A stretch of 32,000 nucleotides of DNA from the NCBI GenBank assembly GCA_035506275.1, contig DATJPT010000011.1:25513-57512 (forward strand), in the 5' to 3' direction. The notes under the pieces are model-generated. The model was not told the origin of the DNA. It was given only the letters and a program-made list of their open reading frames with translations, and did no database searches. The translations under genes were made by a program, and so were the position numbers. The stretch is from Bacteroidota bacterium (GTDB lineage: Bacteria; Bacteroidota; Ignavibacteria; UBA10030; UBA8401). Shown piece by piece: positions 23,951 through 32,000 of this stretch. Numbering within the stretch: position 1 is the first letter of the stretch; the number at the start of each line of letters is the position of its first letter.

Positions 23951-24795
23951 CGACAGAAAAAAAGAAGCAACAGCGTCCGTTACATGCGTACAAGAATCTT
24001 TCGTTCCTGAACAGCAAGGATGCCCGTGCAATAAGGATTCTTTCTGAATTTCTCGAGCCGCTCAGCCGGTTCAAATATTTTGGCGTCAAGGATATCATCG
24101 TCTTCTTCGGCTCGGCGAGGATTCAATCCCCAGACGCAGCCCAGAAGAAGCTCTCGGAGGTGACAGCAAGGCTCAAGAAGAAAAAGGTAGAGGTTCTTGA
24201 ACGGTCGCAAGAGTACCGGAGGGCTGCAAAGTCGCTAGAAATGTCCGCTTACTATGAGGATGCTTTGGAACTTTCATTCCTTCTGACGAAATGGTCCCGG
24301 TCGCTAAAAGAGAAGGGACGGTTCGTTGTTTGCACGGGCGGCGGACCGGGAATTATGGAGGCTGCCAATCGAGGGGCTTCACGGGCGAAGGGGCGCTCAA
24401 TCGGCCTGAATATCGGCTTGCCGTTTGAACAATTGCCCAATCCCTACATTTCTCCGGAGTTGAACTTTGAATTCCATTACTTTTTCATGCGCAAATACTG
24501 GTTCATGTATTTAGGTAAAGCACTGGTCGCCTTCCCGGGAGGGTTCGGAACGCTCGATGAACTTATGGAGCTTCTGACCCTGCTCCAGACTAATAAGATC
24601 AAGAAAAAAATGACCGTGATACTTTATGGAAGGGAATATTGGGAGCATGTGATAAATTTTTCATATCTTGAGGAATGCGGGATGATCGGCAAAGACGATA
24701 TTGAGTTGTTCAGGTTTGCCGACTCTCCGAAGGAAGCGTTTGGCCTATTGAAAGAAGGTCTGAATAAAAATTATCCAGAAAATTCAATTTGGTGA
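23947..24795 (+). CDS. LOG-family (TIGR00730-type) nucleotide 5'-monophosphate nucleosidase, long form
   Basis: IVFFGSAR, CTGGGPGIMEAANRGA and AFPGGFGTLDELMELLTLLQ are the LOG/PpnN-type motifs. The TTG start overlaps the upstream stop. Confidence 0.8.
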   Translation: MTTEKKKQQRPLHAYKNLSFLNSKDARAIRILSEFLEPLSRFKYFGVKDIIVFFGSARIQSPDAAQKKLSEVTARLKKKKVEVLERSQEYRRAAKSLEMSAYYEDALELSFLLTKWSRSLKEKGRFVVCTGGGPGIMEAANRGASRAKGRSIGLNIGLPFEQLPNPYISPELNFEFHYFFMRKYWFMYLGKALVAFPGGFGTLDELMELLTLLQTNKIKKKMTVILYGREYWEHVINFSYLEECGMIGKDDIELFRFADSPKEAFGLLKEGLNKNYPENSIW

Positions 24796-25656
24796 ATGAA
24801 ACGACTTGAAAAAATAGATCTAACTCGAGTTAAATCACTGATTTATCTGTTAGATGATGAAGATGAATCGATATATTTTTCAGCCAAGGATCATTTGCTT
24901 CAGTCCGGAGAACAGGTCTTGCCAGTCCTGGAGAGTTACCTTCAAACTGACGATTCGTTGATGCAGAAGAGGCTGCGGGAGATCTTTGACGAGATCTCTC
25001 TGAATGCTTTTAAGGAGCAGTTGCGCCGGTTCTGCGCAAAACACAAGGATGATCTTGATCTCGAAGAAGGAGCATTCTTGATCGCGAAACACGCTTTCCC
25101 GAGTGTGGATATGAGGGTGTACGCCGACCTTCTCAATTTTTTTGCAGCTGAGCTTCAGCCCCGTTTGGATCCGTCCGAGCAGCCTGAAGAGCTTGCCGTC
25201 AAGATCGGCGCTTATTTTTCGCATGAAAAAGGGTTCAGCGGCAATGAGTCGGATTACTACAATACTGAAAATCATTACATCAACAAGGTGATCGAGACGA
25301 AGCGGGGAGTCCCTATCACGCTTTCGGTGATCTATATGCTCGTTCTGCGCCGATTGAATTTTCCCGTCGAAGGCATTGGAATGCCGGGGCACTTCATTGT
25401 CAGGTACAATTTTGGAAACAAGTCGCTGCTCGCAGACCCTTTTAATGGCGGAAAAATCCTCTCGATCGACGATTGTAAAAAAAGTTTAGGTAAACTAGGC
25501 TATACTTTTCAGAAAGAATATCTTGAGCCCGTTTCAAGCAGACAAATTCTTGAACGAATGTTGCGTAATTTAGTGTTGGTATTCGATAAAGAAAATCAGA
25601 CCGCAAAAATGCAATCCCTCTTGCAGTGTATTGATATTCTTCACAGGAATGTTTAG
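24796..25656 (+). CDS. SirB1/YchA-like transglutaminase-fold protein with a C-terminal TPR-like region
   Basis: YYNTENHYINKVIETKRGVPITLSVIYMLVLRRLNFPVEGIGMPGHFIVRY matches the SirB1 N-terminal (transglutaminase-like) pattern. The ATG abuts the upstream stop. Confidence 0.7.
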   Translation: MKRLEKIDLTRVKSLIYLLDDEDESIYFSAKDHLLQSGEQVLPVLESYLQTDDSLMQKRLREIFDEISLNAFKEQLRRFCAKHKDDLDLEEGAFLIAKHAFPSVDMRVYADLLNFFAAELQPRLDPSEQPEELAVKIGAYFSHEKGFSGNESDYYNTENHYINKVIETKRGVPITLSVIYMLVLRRLNFPVEGIGMPGHFIVRYNFGNKSLLADPFNGGKILSIDDCKKSLGKLGYTFQKEYLEPVSSRQILERMLRNLVLVFDKENQTAKMQSLLQCIDILHRNV

Positions 25657-25667
25657 ATTTGCTATGA

Positions 25668-26033
25668 GGGGGTGAATGGTTTCGACGGGGTAGAAGATGG
25701 TTAGACATAAGCATACCGTGCTCTCCGAGTCGCACGTAAATAAAGCGGAACCAACTTAAGTGCAGACTACAACTACGCACTCGCTGCTTAACTAAACCTT
25801 AAGCTGCGCATCTTCATAAGGCCCTACCTGACTGGTTTTATGCAAGGTGTCGACTTTAGTCGGGCGTGCTAATGCCAACGCTGGAGAGGTATTAGTGAAG
25901 TTCTATCCCAGATAGCTTTGAGAGTGATGAGTTCGTCCGTCAACTCACGGCGAATGGTTCACGAGATGAACTGAGTATGGAGAAGGTCTAATGGTCATCA
26001 CTCCGGACCGGGGTTCGAATCCCCGCACCTCCA
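25668..26033 (+). ncRNA. ssrA: tmRNA (SsrA)
   Basis: 5' end GGGGGTGAATGGTTTCGACGGGG. 3' end GGACCGGGGTTCGAATCCCCGCACCTCCA, giving a tRNA-Ala-like acceptor (GGGGGTG/CACCTCC with G3.U70) and T arm. The internal tag reading frame ends ...GCA GAC TAC AAC TAC GCA CTC GCT GCT TAA (25762-25791), i.e. ...ADYNYALAA. The resume codon is not certain. Confidence 0.9.
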
Positions 26034-26065
26034 CGAGAGTTTTCAGAACCGTATTAGCGCATCCG

Positions 26066-26947
26066 ATGGATCAGCAGAGTATCCGTCATATTGATTTTAT
26101 GAAAATGTCCGGAGCAGGAAATGATTTTGTCGTTGTGGACAACCGCAGCGGCATTGTTTCTGCTCCCGACGTCTTTGCACAGCAGGTATGCGACCGAAGA
26201 AGAGGTATCGGCGCAGACGGACTGTTATTGCTTGAACCAAGTGCAAAGGCAGATTTCCTGATGAAGTATTACAACGCAGACGGAAGCTACGGGGGCATGT
26301 GCGGCAACGGCGGTCGGTGCATCAGCCGGTACGCATACCTAAAGCATCTTGTCGTTAAGCCCGAGATCAGGTTCGAGGCCTTGGAACATATTTATGCCGC
26401 TTCAGTTTTGCACGACCGGGTAAGACTTGAGATGAAAGACCCCACGGACTTTCGCATGGATCAAGACGTTGAAGTGGCCGGCCGTCTGGTTCATTTTCAT
26501 TTTGTGAATTCGGGTTCTCCGCATTGCGTTATTTTTCTTGAAGAGAACAGGAGCCTGGGACCCGATCTCGATAGTGTCGATGTTCAGGCAATCGGGAAAG
26601 AAATCCGATACCACAGATCTTTCTCTCCCGCCGGTACCAACGTGAATTTTATTGAGAAAAATATTTCAGGAGCTTATGTAATAAGAACTTATGAGAGGGG
26701 AGTTGAAGCAGAGACTTTAGCTTGCGGGACCGGCTCTGTTGCGGCGGCCCTGATTATTCATGAGGTCAAAAATGCGCCAGCTCCCGTTTCACTTCAAGTT
26801 CGGAGTGGCGAATCGTTGGAAATCGGCTTCCAAAAGAACGGGGACCGAAAGTACCACGAAGTGTCATTGAGCGGCAGCGCTCATGTTGTCTTTAGTGGGA
26901 AAATATCTTATGAATTCTCTTCTCAATCCATCGTCGACTTCGATTAG
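26066..26947 (+). CDS. dapF: diaminopimelate epimerase
   Basis: FMKMSGAGNDFVVVD, first catalytic Cys context YYNADGSYGGMCGNGGRC, SGSPHCVIF, and second catalytic Cys context ERGVEAETLACGTGSVAAA. Start taken at ATG 26066, because the track's earlier start lies inside the tmRNA. Confidence 0.9.
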   Translation: MDQQSIRHIDFMKMSGAGNDFVVVDNRSGIVSAPDVFAQQVCDRRRGIGADGLLLLEPSAKADFLMKYYNADGSYGGMCGNGGRCISRYAYLKHLVVKPEIRFEALEHIYAASVLHDRVRLEMKDPTDFRMDQDVEVAGRLVHFHFVNSGSPHCVIFLEENRSLGPDLDSVDVQAIGKEIRYHRSFSPAGTNVNFIEKNISGAYVIRTYERGVEAETLACGTGSVAAALIIHEVKNAPAPVSLQVRSGESLEIGFQKNGDRKYHEVSLSGSAHVVFSGKISYEFSSQSIVDFD

Positions 26948-27849
26948 TGCTCCCGACCTATCTCATTCTTAACCCTCGTTCAGGCCGCGGACGAAGTGAG
27001 GAACTGATCCCGTCCATTCGCGACCATTTTAAGGCAAAGAACATTCCGTTTGACCTACACGTTACGATGTGCCAGGGTGATGCTACGAAGGTCGCTGCTG
27101 AGATGAGCAAGCATTATCCAATTTTTGTAGCGGCCGGCGGCGACGGAACAGTGAACGAAGTGGTCAACGGCATCGCAGGGACAGATTGTGCACTCGGCAT
27201 ATTGCCCCTCGGGTCCGGGAACGATTTCGCAAGGACACTCGCTTATTCTAAACGATTAAGCAACTCGTTACAATCAATTACGAGACAATCGATTAAAACG
27301 ATTGATCTCGGTTATATTGAAGTAGTAAATTCGTCCGGACGAACAACGGAGAAGTTCTTTATCAATTCTGTCGGAATTGGATTAGATGCACAGGTTGCAC
27401 ATGAAGCGGGACGAATTTCTTGGGTCCGCGGTCTTGCAAAGTACGGTATAGCTGCGATAAAGGTGTTGGCTAGTTACAAAGCGGAAGCTTCAACGGCAAT
27501 CAGTCCCGAATTCGAGAGCACGGGAAAACATCTGCTGATATCGATAGGCAACGGCAAAAGCTCCGGGGGCGGGTTTTTTCTGACGCCGGATGCGATCCTC
27601 GACGATGGAATGTTGGATGTTTGCCTCGCGAAGAACCTTTCTATGTCAGAGATTTTAAGAATTTTTCCTTTTGTGCTCATTGGAAGGCATGGCAGGTTTG
27701 GGAAGATCGAGCTCAAGAGGACAAAAAAACTCTCAGTTGCATCAAACACGGATCTGCCGGTTCATGTGGATGGTGAGGTCTTAGGATTAGATATACGAGA
27801 AGTGAGACTGGAAGTAAAGGCTGCCGCAATCAAAGTCCTGGTTCCTTAG
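26947..27849 (+). CDS. diacylglycerol-kinase-family lipid kinase (YegS/BmrU-like)
   Basis: LILNPRSGRGR, AAGGDGTVNEVVNG and PLGSGNDFAR are the DAGK catalytic-domain motifs. GTG start as in the track. Confidence 0.8.
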   Translation: MLPTYLILNPRSGRGRSEELIPSIRDHFKAKNIPFDLHVTMCQGDATKVAAEMSKHYPIFVAAGGDGTVNEVVNGIAGTDCALGILPLGSGNDFARTLAYSKRLSNSLQSITRQSIKTIDLGYIEVVNSSGRTTEKFFINSVGIGLDAQVAHEAGRISWVRGLAKYGIAAIKVLASYKAEASTAISPEFESTGKHLLISIGNGKSSGGGFFLTPDAILDDGMLDVCLAKNLSMSEILRIFPFVLIGRHGRFGKIELKRTKKLSVASNTDLPVHVDGEVLGLDIREVRLEVKAAAIKVLVP

Positions 27850-27856
27850 GCTCCCA

Positions 27857-27887
27857 ATAACACATATTACGATATAATATGTGTTAT
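27857..27887. terminator. 13-bp perfect inverted repeat between convergent genes (terminator-like hairpin without a U tract)
   Basis: ATAACACATATTA-cgata-TAATATGTGTTAT, located between the lipid kinase stop (27849) and the purL stop (27914). The absence of a flanking T/A run lowers confidence. Confidence 0.4.
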
Positions 27888-27913
27888 GTAAAGTTATCCT
27901 TTTCCTGAACAAA

Positions 27914-30181
27914 TCATTTTGCTTTCTTGCCGCCGTCCATTATTTCTCCAATCGAATCAAAATAAGTCGTCTCGGTGCCCTTCCTGCTCAGACTAATTTT
28001 CGCACCAATTCGAATCTGCTGATCTGCGGTCACTTTTCCAATGTGCGTGAATGCTATCTGATTTCTTACGCAAGCCCTTTCTATAGCAGCTCTATGCAGA
28101 GGATTTGCAGAAATGACTATTCGGCTTTGTTCTTCCCCAAACAGCAGGAAGTCTTCACGCAGTTGATGTTGCGGGATGATCACGTGACATCCAATGGTTT
28201 GACGCGGGCTTGTGATCACGGCCTCGATCAAACTGATCGCGAGCCCCCCCTCAGAAATGTCATGTGCCGACTGTATGAGGCCGGATTCGATAAGCTGAAG
28301 GATGCAATCATGCAGTCTTTTCTCTTCGTCAATGTCGAAGTATGGCGCATTATTGCCAATATTGCCGAAGATCTCTTTCAGATATTCGCTTCCATTAATG
28401 TCTCCCCGCATTGGTCCCAGCAGAATAACATCATCGTCGGCGTCATTGAACGCGCTTGTTGTAACACGGTTCTCGCCCTCGATTAGGCCGACCATGCCGA
28501 TCACAGGCGTTGGATAGATTGCTCCCAGCGGATTCTCATTATAGAAGCTCACGTTACCGCCCGTCACCGGCGTTTGAAAAGTCCTGCATGCGATTGCGAT
28601 CCCTTCGACAGCTTCTTTGAACTGCCAGTAAGATTCAGGTTTGTATGGATTCCCGAAGTTCAGACAATTGGTAATGCCGAGCGGCTTGCCTCCGGAACAA
28701 ACTACATTCCTGGCAGCCTCTGCTACCGCAATTTCTGCTCCAAGCTTAGGGTTTAAGTACACGTACCGTGCATTACAATCGGTCTTCATTGCAAGGAACT
28801 TATCGGTCCCATCGATCCTTATAACCGCGGCGTCAGAACTCGGCCCAACCCGTGTTCCCGTCCGCACCATTGAATCGTACTGCTCATAGACCCAGCGCTT
28901 GCTGGCGATGTTCGGGCTGCCGAGCAACTTCAGAGCGACGGCATTCAGGTCTTGAGGTTCATGGATGGAATCAAATATTGACTCGGCTGGGCTTTCAATA
29001 TAGCCGGGCTTTTTTGTTTCACGTTGATAGACCGGAGCACCGCCGCCGAGCACCAACGATTCAGCTGGAACTTGTGCTTTCAATTCCCCCTTATGAAAAA
29101 TTGATACAAGTCCGTCATCAGTCACCTCGCCGATCACGACCGAGTGAAGGTCCCACTTGTCAAATATTTCGTGCACCTTTTCTTCGTATCCGCGTTTGAC
29201 CACGAGCAACATTCGTTCCTGCGATTCCGACAACATTATCTGGTATGCCGACATATCCGTTTCGCGCACGGGAACCTTGTCGAGGTCGATCCGCATCCCC
29301 GACTTTCCTTTTGCGCTCATCTCAGTCGTTGAACAGGTAATTCCGGCAGCGCCCATATCTTGTATGCCCACAAGCAAGTCAGCCCGGATCGCTTCAAGCG
29401 TTGCCTCGAGCAAAAGCTTCTCGGTGAACGGATCGCCGACCTGGACAGAGGGGCGCTTGCTCTCCGATGCCTCGGAAATTTCTTCTGAAGCAAACGTAGC
29501 GCCATGAATTCCGTCCTTGCCCGTCGATGAGCCGACAATCATGACCGGATTGCCGACGCCCTTAGAGATTGCGGATGCCACTTCAGCGTGTTTTACGATC
29601 CCAACCGCCATTGCATTCACCAGGGGGTTTCCCTGATAACTTTTGTCGAAGTAAACTTCACCGGCCACCGTCGGCACGCCGAAACTATTACCATAATCCC
29701 CTATTCCTTTGACGACTCCGCGAAATAATTGTCTGGCTTGCTCGTCTGATAACTCACCGAACCTCAGGGAATTAAGAGAGGCAATCGGGCGTGCTCCCAT
29801 AGTAAAGATATCTCGCATAATGCCGCCGACGCCTGTTGCCGCTCCCTGATAAGGCTCAACGGCAGATGGATGATTGTGGCTTTCAATCTTGAATGCAACG
29901 GCGAGTCCGTCACCGATGTCAACCAGCCCGGCGTTCTCTTCTCCAGCGCTCACGAGCAGCCGGCCTCCAGATCGCGGGAGTGTTTTCAAGAGTGCGATGG
30001 AATTTTTGTAGCTGCAGTGTTCACTCCACATGACACTGTAGATGCCAAGTTCAGTGTAGGAAGGAGTTCGACCGAGTAGATTAATAATTTTCTGGAACTC
30101 TTCTTCTGTGAGTCCATGCTGAAGAGCTACATCCTTGGTTACGACCGGTTCCTGATGTAAAACTGTACCCATGTTGCTCAA
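27914..30181 (-). CDS. purL: phosphoribosylformylglycinamidine synthase subunit PurL (FGAM synthase II)
   Basis: 755 aa with the small-PurL pattern: [56 protein letters not shown], the duplicated AIR-synthase-like halves, and GGNVSFYNE. Confidence 0.9.
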   Translation of the reverse strand: MSNMGTVLHQEPVVTKDVALQHGLTEEEFQKIINLLGRTPSYTELGIYSVMWSEHCSYKNSIALLKTLPRSGGRLLVSAGEENAGLVDIGDGLAVAFKIESHNHPSAVEPYQGAATGVGGIMRDIFTMGARPIASLNSLRFGELSDEQARQLFRGVVKGIGDYGNSFGVPTVAGEVYFDKSYQGNPLVNAMAVGIVKHAEVASAISKGVGNPVMIVGSSTGKDGIHGATFASEEISEASESKRPSVQVGDPFTEKLLLEATLEAIRADLLVGIQDMGAAGITCSTTEMSAKGKSGMRIDLDKVPVRETDMSAYQIMLSESQERMLLVVKRGYEEKVHEIFDKWDLHSVVIGEVTDDGLVSIFHKGELKAQVPAESLVLGGGAPVYQRETKKPGYIESPAESIFDSIHEPQDLNAVALKLLGSPNIASKRWVYEQYDSMVRTGTRVGPSSDAAVIRIDGTDKFLAMKTDCNARYVYLNPKLGAEIAVAEAARNVVCSGGKPLGITNCLNFGNPYKPESYWQFKEAVEGIAIACRTFQTPVTGGNVSFYNENPLGAIYPTPVIGMVGLIEGENRVTTSAFNDADDDVILLGPMRGDINGSEYLKEIFGNIGNNAPYFDIDEEKRLHDCILQLIESGLIQSAHDISEGGLAISLIEAVITSPRQTIGCHVIIPQHQLREDFLLFGEEQSRIVISANPLHRAAIERACVRNQIAFTHIGKVTADQQIRIGAKISLSRKGTETTYFDSIGEIMDGGKKAK

Positions 30182-30187
30182 TGACCT

Positions 30188-30685
30188 TTATTCAATGATG
30201 AGAAGTAGTGCCCCTTTATCTACAACTTGCCTGTCTGTGACGAGAACCTTTTTGACTATCCCACCATGAGCTGACCTTATCTCATTCTCCATTTTCATAG
30301 CTTCGAGGATCAAAAGTCCGTCGCCCAGCGATATTTTCATTCCTTCCTTAACTTCGCAGCGAACTACCATTCCGGGCATCGGCGACCGTACTTCGATCTG
30401 TGAATGAGTCTTCTGAGCATGATTATTTCCAAACCCAGGGGATTTTTTAGTAGAAGGTTCAATGTCTAAGATGTATTTTTTTTGATTGATTAGCACCGAG
30501 TATTGTAAATTATTTCTAGATATCAGTCCCCTGAACAGTTTTCCGCCGATCGATACGGTGCAACAGCCAGCGGCAGCGCTGAGGACTTCAGCTTGACATT
30601 CCTTGTCATCGAGCGCGAGCGAACCGTCGGTCCCAAAGGTCCAACTGTATTTCCTGCCGTTGACAACAGTGGTGACATTCGCCAT
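30188..30685 (-). CDS. biotin carboxyl carrier protein (biotinyl domain protein)
   Basis: C-terminal biotinyl domain with LLILEAMKMENEIRS (AMKM biotinylation motif). Directly abuts the biotin carboxylase gene. Confidence 0.8.
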   Translation of the reverse strand: MANVTTVVNGRKYSWTFGTDGSLALDDKECQAEVLSAAAGCCTVSIGGKLFRGLISRNNLQYSVLINQKKYILDIEPSTKKSPGFGNNHAQKTHSQIEVRSPMPGMVVRCEVKEGMKISLGDGLLILEAMKMENEIRSAHGGIVKKVLVTDRQVVDKGALLLIIE

Positions 30686-32000
30686 TTATAGCTCTTCGTA
30701 TCTTAGGGTTTTCCATTTACTTGGAGCAAGCATCCGATTTCCAATGCCGGGCGTTGCTTCGCCAGAGGATGAATGATAATCAAATGCTGCAATGTATGAG
30801 GCAGCCAATTCTTCCTCGTTCGTGCGAGGCTCTTCGGCCGGCCGAAAGTGCTTTTCGACGAACCGGATGTCGTAGTCCCCCTTCATGAAGGCCGGATGTT
30901 TCACCACAAATGAGCAAAACGGAATCGTTGTGCTTACTCCGGAGAGAACGTACTCCGAAAGAGCCCTATCAAGTCGTCTAATAGCTTCCTTCCGGTCAGA
31001 CCCCCAGACGATGAGTTTTGCAAGAAGCGGGTCGTAAAAGTGAGGGACAGTTGTTCCCCTCATCACACCGGAATCGTTCCTGATTCCATATCCTCCGCTG
31101 GGAGCATATTCTTCAATCGTGCCGGTCGACGGAAGAAAGTTCTCGAACGGATCCTCCGCACATATTCTGCACTCAATGGCGTGTCCCCGCGGGACGAGTT
31201 CTTCCTGCCTAAACGGCAGCGATTCCCCTTCTGCGATCCGGATCTGAGTTTTCACCAAATCGATTCCATAGACGAGCTCAGTAACCGGATGTTCAACTTG
31301 AAGACGCGTATTTATTTCTAGAAAATAGAATGAGTTATCTGAATCCACTAAAAATTCCACTGTGCCAGCATTAACATATCCAGCACTCCGAGCAGCAGCA
31401 ACAGCAGCGTCTCCCATTGCTGACCTCAATGAGTCGGACAGCCGAGAGCTCGGACACTCTTCGACGAGTTTTTGGTGTCTTCTCTGGATTGAGCATTCCC
31501 TCTCTCCTAAGTGGACGATATTACCGTGCATGTCCGCCAGAATTTGAATCTCTACGTGGCGCGGATTAGATAGGTATTTTTCGATGAAAACATCGCCGCT
31601 ATTAAAGGCCTTGGATGATTCAGACTGTGCTTGCAGCAAAGCTTGCTCGAGATCCTCTTCCCGGTCGACTTTCCGCATCCCTTTTCCTCCGCCACCGTGC
31701 ACCGCTTTGAGGAGCACCGGGTATCCGATCTCTTTAGCGGCCTTACTCGCTTCCCTGCTGTTTTTTACGGCTGTCGTGGTTCCTGGGACGATCGGAACTC
31801 CCGCTTCCTTCATGAGATTCCGTGCCGACGTTTTGCCGCCGAGCGCTTTCATTGCTGAAGCTGGCGGCCCGATAAAGGTCAGGCCGCTGGCAATCACGGC
31901 GCGAGCGAACTCGGAATTCTCTGACAGAAAACCATATCCAGGATGAACCGCATCGCAGTTTGCTTTTGCAGCGATGGCTAGTATCTTCTCAATATTTAAG
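30686..32000 (-). CDS. accC: biotin carboxylase subunit of an acetyl/acyl-CoA carboxylase (5' end beyond the window)
   Basis: ATP-grasp biotin carboxylase motifs: GYPVLLKAVHGGGGKGMR, ECSIQRRHQKLVEE, FLEINTRLQVEHPVTE. The frame stays open to the window edge (...HPGYGFLSENSEFARAV...), so the gene is truncated here. Confidence 0.9.
   Translation of the reverse strand, partial: LNIEKILAIAAKANCDAVHPGYGFLSENSEFARAVIASGLTFIGPPASAMKALGGKTSARNLMKEAGVPIVPGTTTAVKNSREASKAAKEIGYPVLLKAVHGGGGKGMRKVDREEDLEQALLQAQSESSKAFNSGDVFIEKYLSNPRHVEIQILADMHGNIVHLGERECSIQRRHQKLVEECPSSRLSDSLRSAMGDAAVAAARSAGYVNAGTVEFLVDSDNSFYFLEINTRLQVEHPVTELVYGIDLVKTQIRIAEGESLPFRQEELVPRGHAIECRICAEDPFENFLPSTGTIEEYAPSGGYGIRNDSGVMRGTTVPHFYDPLLAKLIVWGSDRKEAIRRLDRALSEYVLSGVSTTIPFCSFVVKHPAFMKGDYDIRFVEKHFRPAEEPRTNEEELAASYIAAFDYHSSSGEATPGIGNRMLAPSKWKTLRYEEL

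Noticed and set aside
24880-25392. 170-aa minus-strand ORF antisense to the SirB1-like gene. Similar long antisense ORFs occur at 6582-7094 (in the kinase), 27881-28486 (in purL) and 3290-3724 (in the ABC ATPase).
   Set aside because: All lie opposite genes with clear family signatures and have no motifs of their own.
25991-26065. The ORF-track start of dapF at 25991.
   Set aside because: The first 25 codons translate the 3' tRNA-like end of the tmRNA (…GGACCGGGGTTCGAATCCCC…). The DapF N-terminal motif follows the internal ATG at 26066.
25668-26947. The tmRNA and tRNA-Lys loci as integration sites for a genomic island.
   Set aside because: No integrase, direct repeat of the tRNA/tmRNA 3' end, or foreign-looking genes follow. 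dapF starts 33 nt after the tmRNA.
1-32000. Window-wide look for CRISPR arrays, IS elements, prophage genes, toxin-antitoxin pairs or restriction-modification genes.
   Set aside because: I saw no regularly spaced direct repeats, transposase or integrase motifs, or paired small ORFs of that kind. The only repeated DNA noticed is the 20-bp palindrome pair at 9028 and 9839.

Overview
This window looks like ordinary chromosome rather than an island: I saw no integrases, transposases or CRISPR array. The host is probably an FCB-group bacterium (Ignavibacteria/Bacteroidota-like). That is an inference from a T9SS C-terminal sorting domain, the frequent lack of Shine-Dalgarno sites and the gene content.

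Layout, left to right:
- 1-6033: heme-copper oxidase subunit II with a biogenesis cluster (ctaA, ctaB, an ABC-2 exporter pair, SCO1, a DUF420 protein).
- 6057-11864: a propeller/Y_Y_Y sensor kinase, a NarL/LuxR response regulator and a T9SS-secreted repeat protein. Two copies of a 20-bp 7-2-7 palindrome lie in this region.
- 11937-16530: nucleoside salvage genes (punA, tdk, a signal-peptide nucleoside hydrolase), a membrane metallophosphoesterase, secG and tRNA-Lys(CUU).
- 17143-22389: the stand-out. It is a compact five-gene operon bounded by a sigma70-like promoter and a strong intrinsic terminator. It encodes a putative outer-membrane protein, a periplasmic TPR protein, a flagellar-type MotA/MotB stator, and a single polypeptide that reads as a FliF-like ring-building motif, a TM helix and a three-domain FliG-like module. 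No other flagellar, export or chemotaxis genes are nearby. I interpret it as a candidate non-flagellar, ion-driven stator-plus-mini-rotor machine spanning the envelope.
- 22486-32000: housekeeping genes (ygfZ-like, GAF/fRMsr, LOG family, SirB1-like, tmRNA, dapF, lipid kinase, purL, BCCP, partial biotin carboxylase).

Secondary observations:
- A promoter-to-terminator unit of about 80 nt with C-rich hairpin loops upstream of the nucleoside hydrolase (sRNA or attenuator).
- An insertion of about 70 aa inside the CuA cupredoxin domain of oxidase subunit II.

All functional calls rest on motifs read by eye from the supplied translations. No database search was possible.
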